Position numbers and translations under genes: made by a program. Shown one piece after another: positions 60,751 through 64,000 of a DNA stretch of 64,000 bases. Under the pieces are notes generated by a model that was not told the DNA's origin, searched no databases, and worked only from the letters and a program-made list of their open reading frames with translations. The number at the start of each line of letters is the position of its first letter. Position 1 is the first letter of the stretch. This DNA comes from the human T2T-CHM13v2.0 reference genome, Homo sapiens, in assembly GCF_009914755.1 (NCBI RefSeq), contig NC_060926.1; one strand, written 5' to 3'.

Positions 60751-62304
60751 GCTGATACTGACTGATGATATGTCACACTTGTGTCCTGTCATTTATTCTA
60801 ACACAGGTTTGGGGGACAATCCAGTCTTAATAAATGCATCTGAGTTTTCCATGTTATAGGATTCTCGTGGCAAAAATAATAAGGGAAGTGAAATAAGAGA
60901 TAGACTAGAGAACAAAAAGTTATAGAAGTTTTATCAAGTTGTGAATTTTAATACTTACCAAGGAATAATGAAGAATTACCCAACATTTAGAAACAAAAGC
61001 TAAAAATCACAGATAAATAATCTATGAATTAAGGGTCATATCACAAAAATTAATAAAATAAGATATAATTTTTATAAAATAAATTTAAAAAGTAACAATA
61101 ATCATTGGGTCCAGTGTTATACGTGGAGTAAAAAACAAATATTCTATTCACGGCAATTTGAAATAAAATTTCCTACAATATTCCTAGAAGGCAGACTACC
61201 AATATTGCTTAAGATTCTTAAAAATATTAATTTAATGTGACTCAAAACTGATGCATTTAAAATTGAATCTGAGTCTTCTGTTTCTGATTCTAACAGAAAA
61301 TCTTTTGCCAGATCAATCCATCTGCTAAGAAAAAATATAAAAGTGGAACAAAAAATAACTGCTCAATATCATCAGAGAGCAAAGAAAGCAACCATTGGAC
61401 CAATAATGTGGAGAGAAGGTAAACATTGCATGAGCTAGACCTTCTCTGTCACTTCTCCTTTGGTTACTCACTGATTTTCAATATGGAGCACCAAAGACAA
61501 AGAGAAAATCATGGCATAGATCTTTCTGCAGTCTCATTGGGTGGGAGAAACAGAAGTGGAACTCAGGTTTATCAAAGCAGCTGGAACTTGAGGGGGCCAA
61601 GATCCAAAAGACAGGCCATCTCAAACTGCACAGGGGCAAGATATCCAGGAACCAAGCAAAAAGCAGAAGTCAAGAGACCTAAAACTAGTCTCAAGTTTCA
61701 ACAATCTCATAGATCTGGGTGGGAAAACATTGGATTTCTGAGCCCCGGAGGCAGAATAGTGAATATTTGCTGATCCATAATACAAAGGATCACACTAAAT
61801 ATGATCTAAATTTTAATGCCAAAAAAGATAAAACCACATGGCTTGATATAAGTAATTAAACTTCTCCAATACTCACTTAAAAAATCCATAAAACAAGGTT
61901 AAACGCACATACTGTTTATAGAGACTATGAATGTTAAGTTAGTATGTCTACATCTTAAGTAAATATTTATTAAATATTAAATATTTAATCAACTATAGTT
62001 ATTATTTTTGTCATGATTGCCCCTGTTATTCTGTAAACACTAAGTGATAGTCTGTCACCAAGACAGAGACCATATTTCTAATATCCATCTTTTTTTTTTT
62101 TTTTTTTGGATAGGAGTATCATTTGCTTTCATACAATGTTGAATAAAAGCAAAATACTAGTTTCTAGCCTCTCTTGGCTGAACATGAGGCAGGAGAGTTA
62201 GAAAATGACAGATGAAGCCAGTTCTTTTCAGGGGTCTGGCTGTTCATAGACGACCTGGCATCATGCAATATTCCTATTTTTCCACCTGGCATAAAGCATG
62301 TAAT

Positions 62305-62976
62305 AGATGACTGCCCTGCTGGGTTTCAGACTTACTTGGGGCCTGTAGCCCCTTTGTTTTGGCCTATTTCTTCCTTTTGGAAGGGGAGAATTTACCCAAT
62401 GCATGTACTCCCACTGTATCTAGGAACTAACCAACTTGCTTTTTATTTTACAGGTTCATAGGCATAAAGGATGTGCATTGTCTCAGATGAGACTTTGAAC
62501 TTGGACTTTTGAGTTAATGCTGAAATGAGTTAAGACTTTGGGGGACTGTTGGGAAGACAGGATTGTGTTTTGAAATGTGAGATGGACATGAGATTTGGGA
62601 GGGGAAAGGGACAGAATGATATGGTTTGGATTTTTGTCTCTGCCCAAATATCATGTCTAGTTAGAGAAGGGACCTGATGGGAGGTGATTGGATCATGGGG
62701 ACAGATTTCTCCCTTGCTGTTCTCATGATAGTGAGTGAGTTCTCATGAGATATGATGGTTTAAAAGTGTGTGACACTTTCCCCTTTGCTCTCTCCTGCCA
62801 CCATGTGAAGAAAGTGCCTGCTTCCTCTTCACTTCCTGCCATGATTATGTTTTCTGAGGCCTCCTAGTCATGCTTCCTGCTAAGCCTGTGGAACTGTGAG
62901 TCAATTAACTTCTTTTCTTCATAAGTTACCCAGTCTCAGGTAGTTCTTTATAGCAGTGTGAGAACAGACTAATACA
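62305..62976 (+). mobile_element. MSTA-like MaLR: 3' part of the internal region (about 62305-62616) plus 3' LTR (62617-62976)
   Basis: ttgtctcagatgagactttgaacttggacttttgagttaatgctg...ggacagaa|tgatatggtttggat...gaacagactaataca. Confidence 0.88.
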
Positions 62977-64000
62977 ATAATAGTGACCAATTATTTCCAT
63001 TTTTCTGACATTGAGAGGTTTCCCATGATGGAGAGTTTTTAGTTTGAAAACTGGGAATGTCCCTGAAAAACAAGAAAGAGATGGTCACTTTACTTCTAGA
63101 CATGGTTGTGGACTTGGTAATTTTCCCTGGTCTGACTGGGTCTCTTCCATCAGAATATCAGCATGCCTGTCCTCACCACCTGAGAGGTGACTGGTGAAAG
63201 CTTGGGGCAGAGCAAAGTAGGGATGTTTGCAGAGCATATTAGAATTATGAAGACAGAGAAAGAACCTTAGAGGATTAACATCAAGATTTCCTGACAGGGG
63301 CTGTGTCAGCAAATTCATTCCCTTCCCTAGCTCAAGTTTCCATTTTCCTGAAACACACATAGAATTAGGTATCCAGGCCTGTGGAAATTGAGACATTATC
63401 ACATTACCAGGACAAAAGTTTATCTGGCCTGATTCCTTGTGTCTGATCAATAAAGGATTTTATATTTGTTTCACCAATGAATCTATTCAGAAGAGAGAGA
63501 TGTAGAATTCTCTGTAGCCACACTGGGAATTAGCAATAAGACCACAATTAGATTGCAGGGCCCTGACTCCAAAGCTTATTACTCCACATTCAAACTTTAT
63601 CTTCCCACTGGCTCCTGTGCTGCTGGTGCAGATTTGAGTGATAACACATTGAGATGTCAGGAGGCTGAGGGTACATCTGCTTTCAGAACTGCCTAGGATC
63701 CTTGAGTGAAGAAGAACTTGCTGTCCAAATACCTCATGGTCTCTGAGTGTCCTTTAGTAGAGGAAAATTAGTTTTTTTCCTCTACAGATTTGTTAAACCA
63801 TATAAATCCTCTCCTCTCATGCTTGGGGTTGGGTTATATGAGAGCCATGGCCTCACTAAAGATGAATGTCATATTGTCCAGGAACTTGGGCACATTTTAA
63901 CATAGTCTAAAATTATCTATATACCAGGTACCATGTAACTAAGAATGGAATTACAAAGAGAGCTCCAGATCTCTTTGTTCAGTAACCTATGTTCTATTTC

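Overview
Primate (human-like) non-coding DNA that is very rich in repeats. I find no credible host protein-coding exon, RNA gene, CpG island or CRISPR array. Almost all ORF-track entries are chance ORFs or fall inside transposon remnants. The centrepiece is a 5,761-bp minus-strand HERV-H provirus (21656-27416): two LTR7s, tRNA-His PBS, splice donor, PPT, CCTCC TSD, and the common deleted RTVL-H2-type gag/pro/pol with almost no env. It sits inside a THE1 LTR, which sits inside an older ERV1 LTR. Other well-supported elements are an L1-mobilised, 5'-truncated HERV-W retrocopy carrying a syncytin-1-like C-terminus (31674-32136), a full-length THE1B inserted in an L1 with a twin-priming-type inversion, a near full-length Tigger1 interrupted by an Alu, and an AluJ with a candidate 3' transduction. 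I cannot support a claim of a wholly new biological system; the best leads are regulatory (LTR promoters, splicing, polyadenylation) or mechanistic (retrotransposition scars). Repeat family names come from recalled consensus sequences, not a database search, and boundaries of old repeats are approximate.
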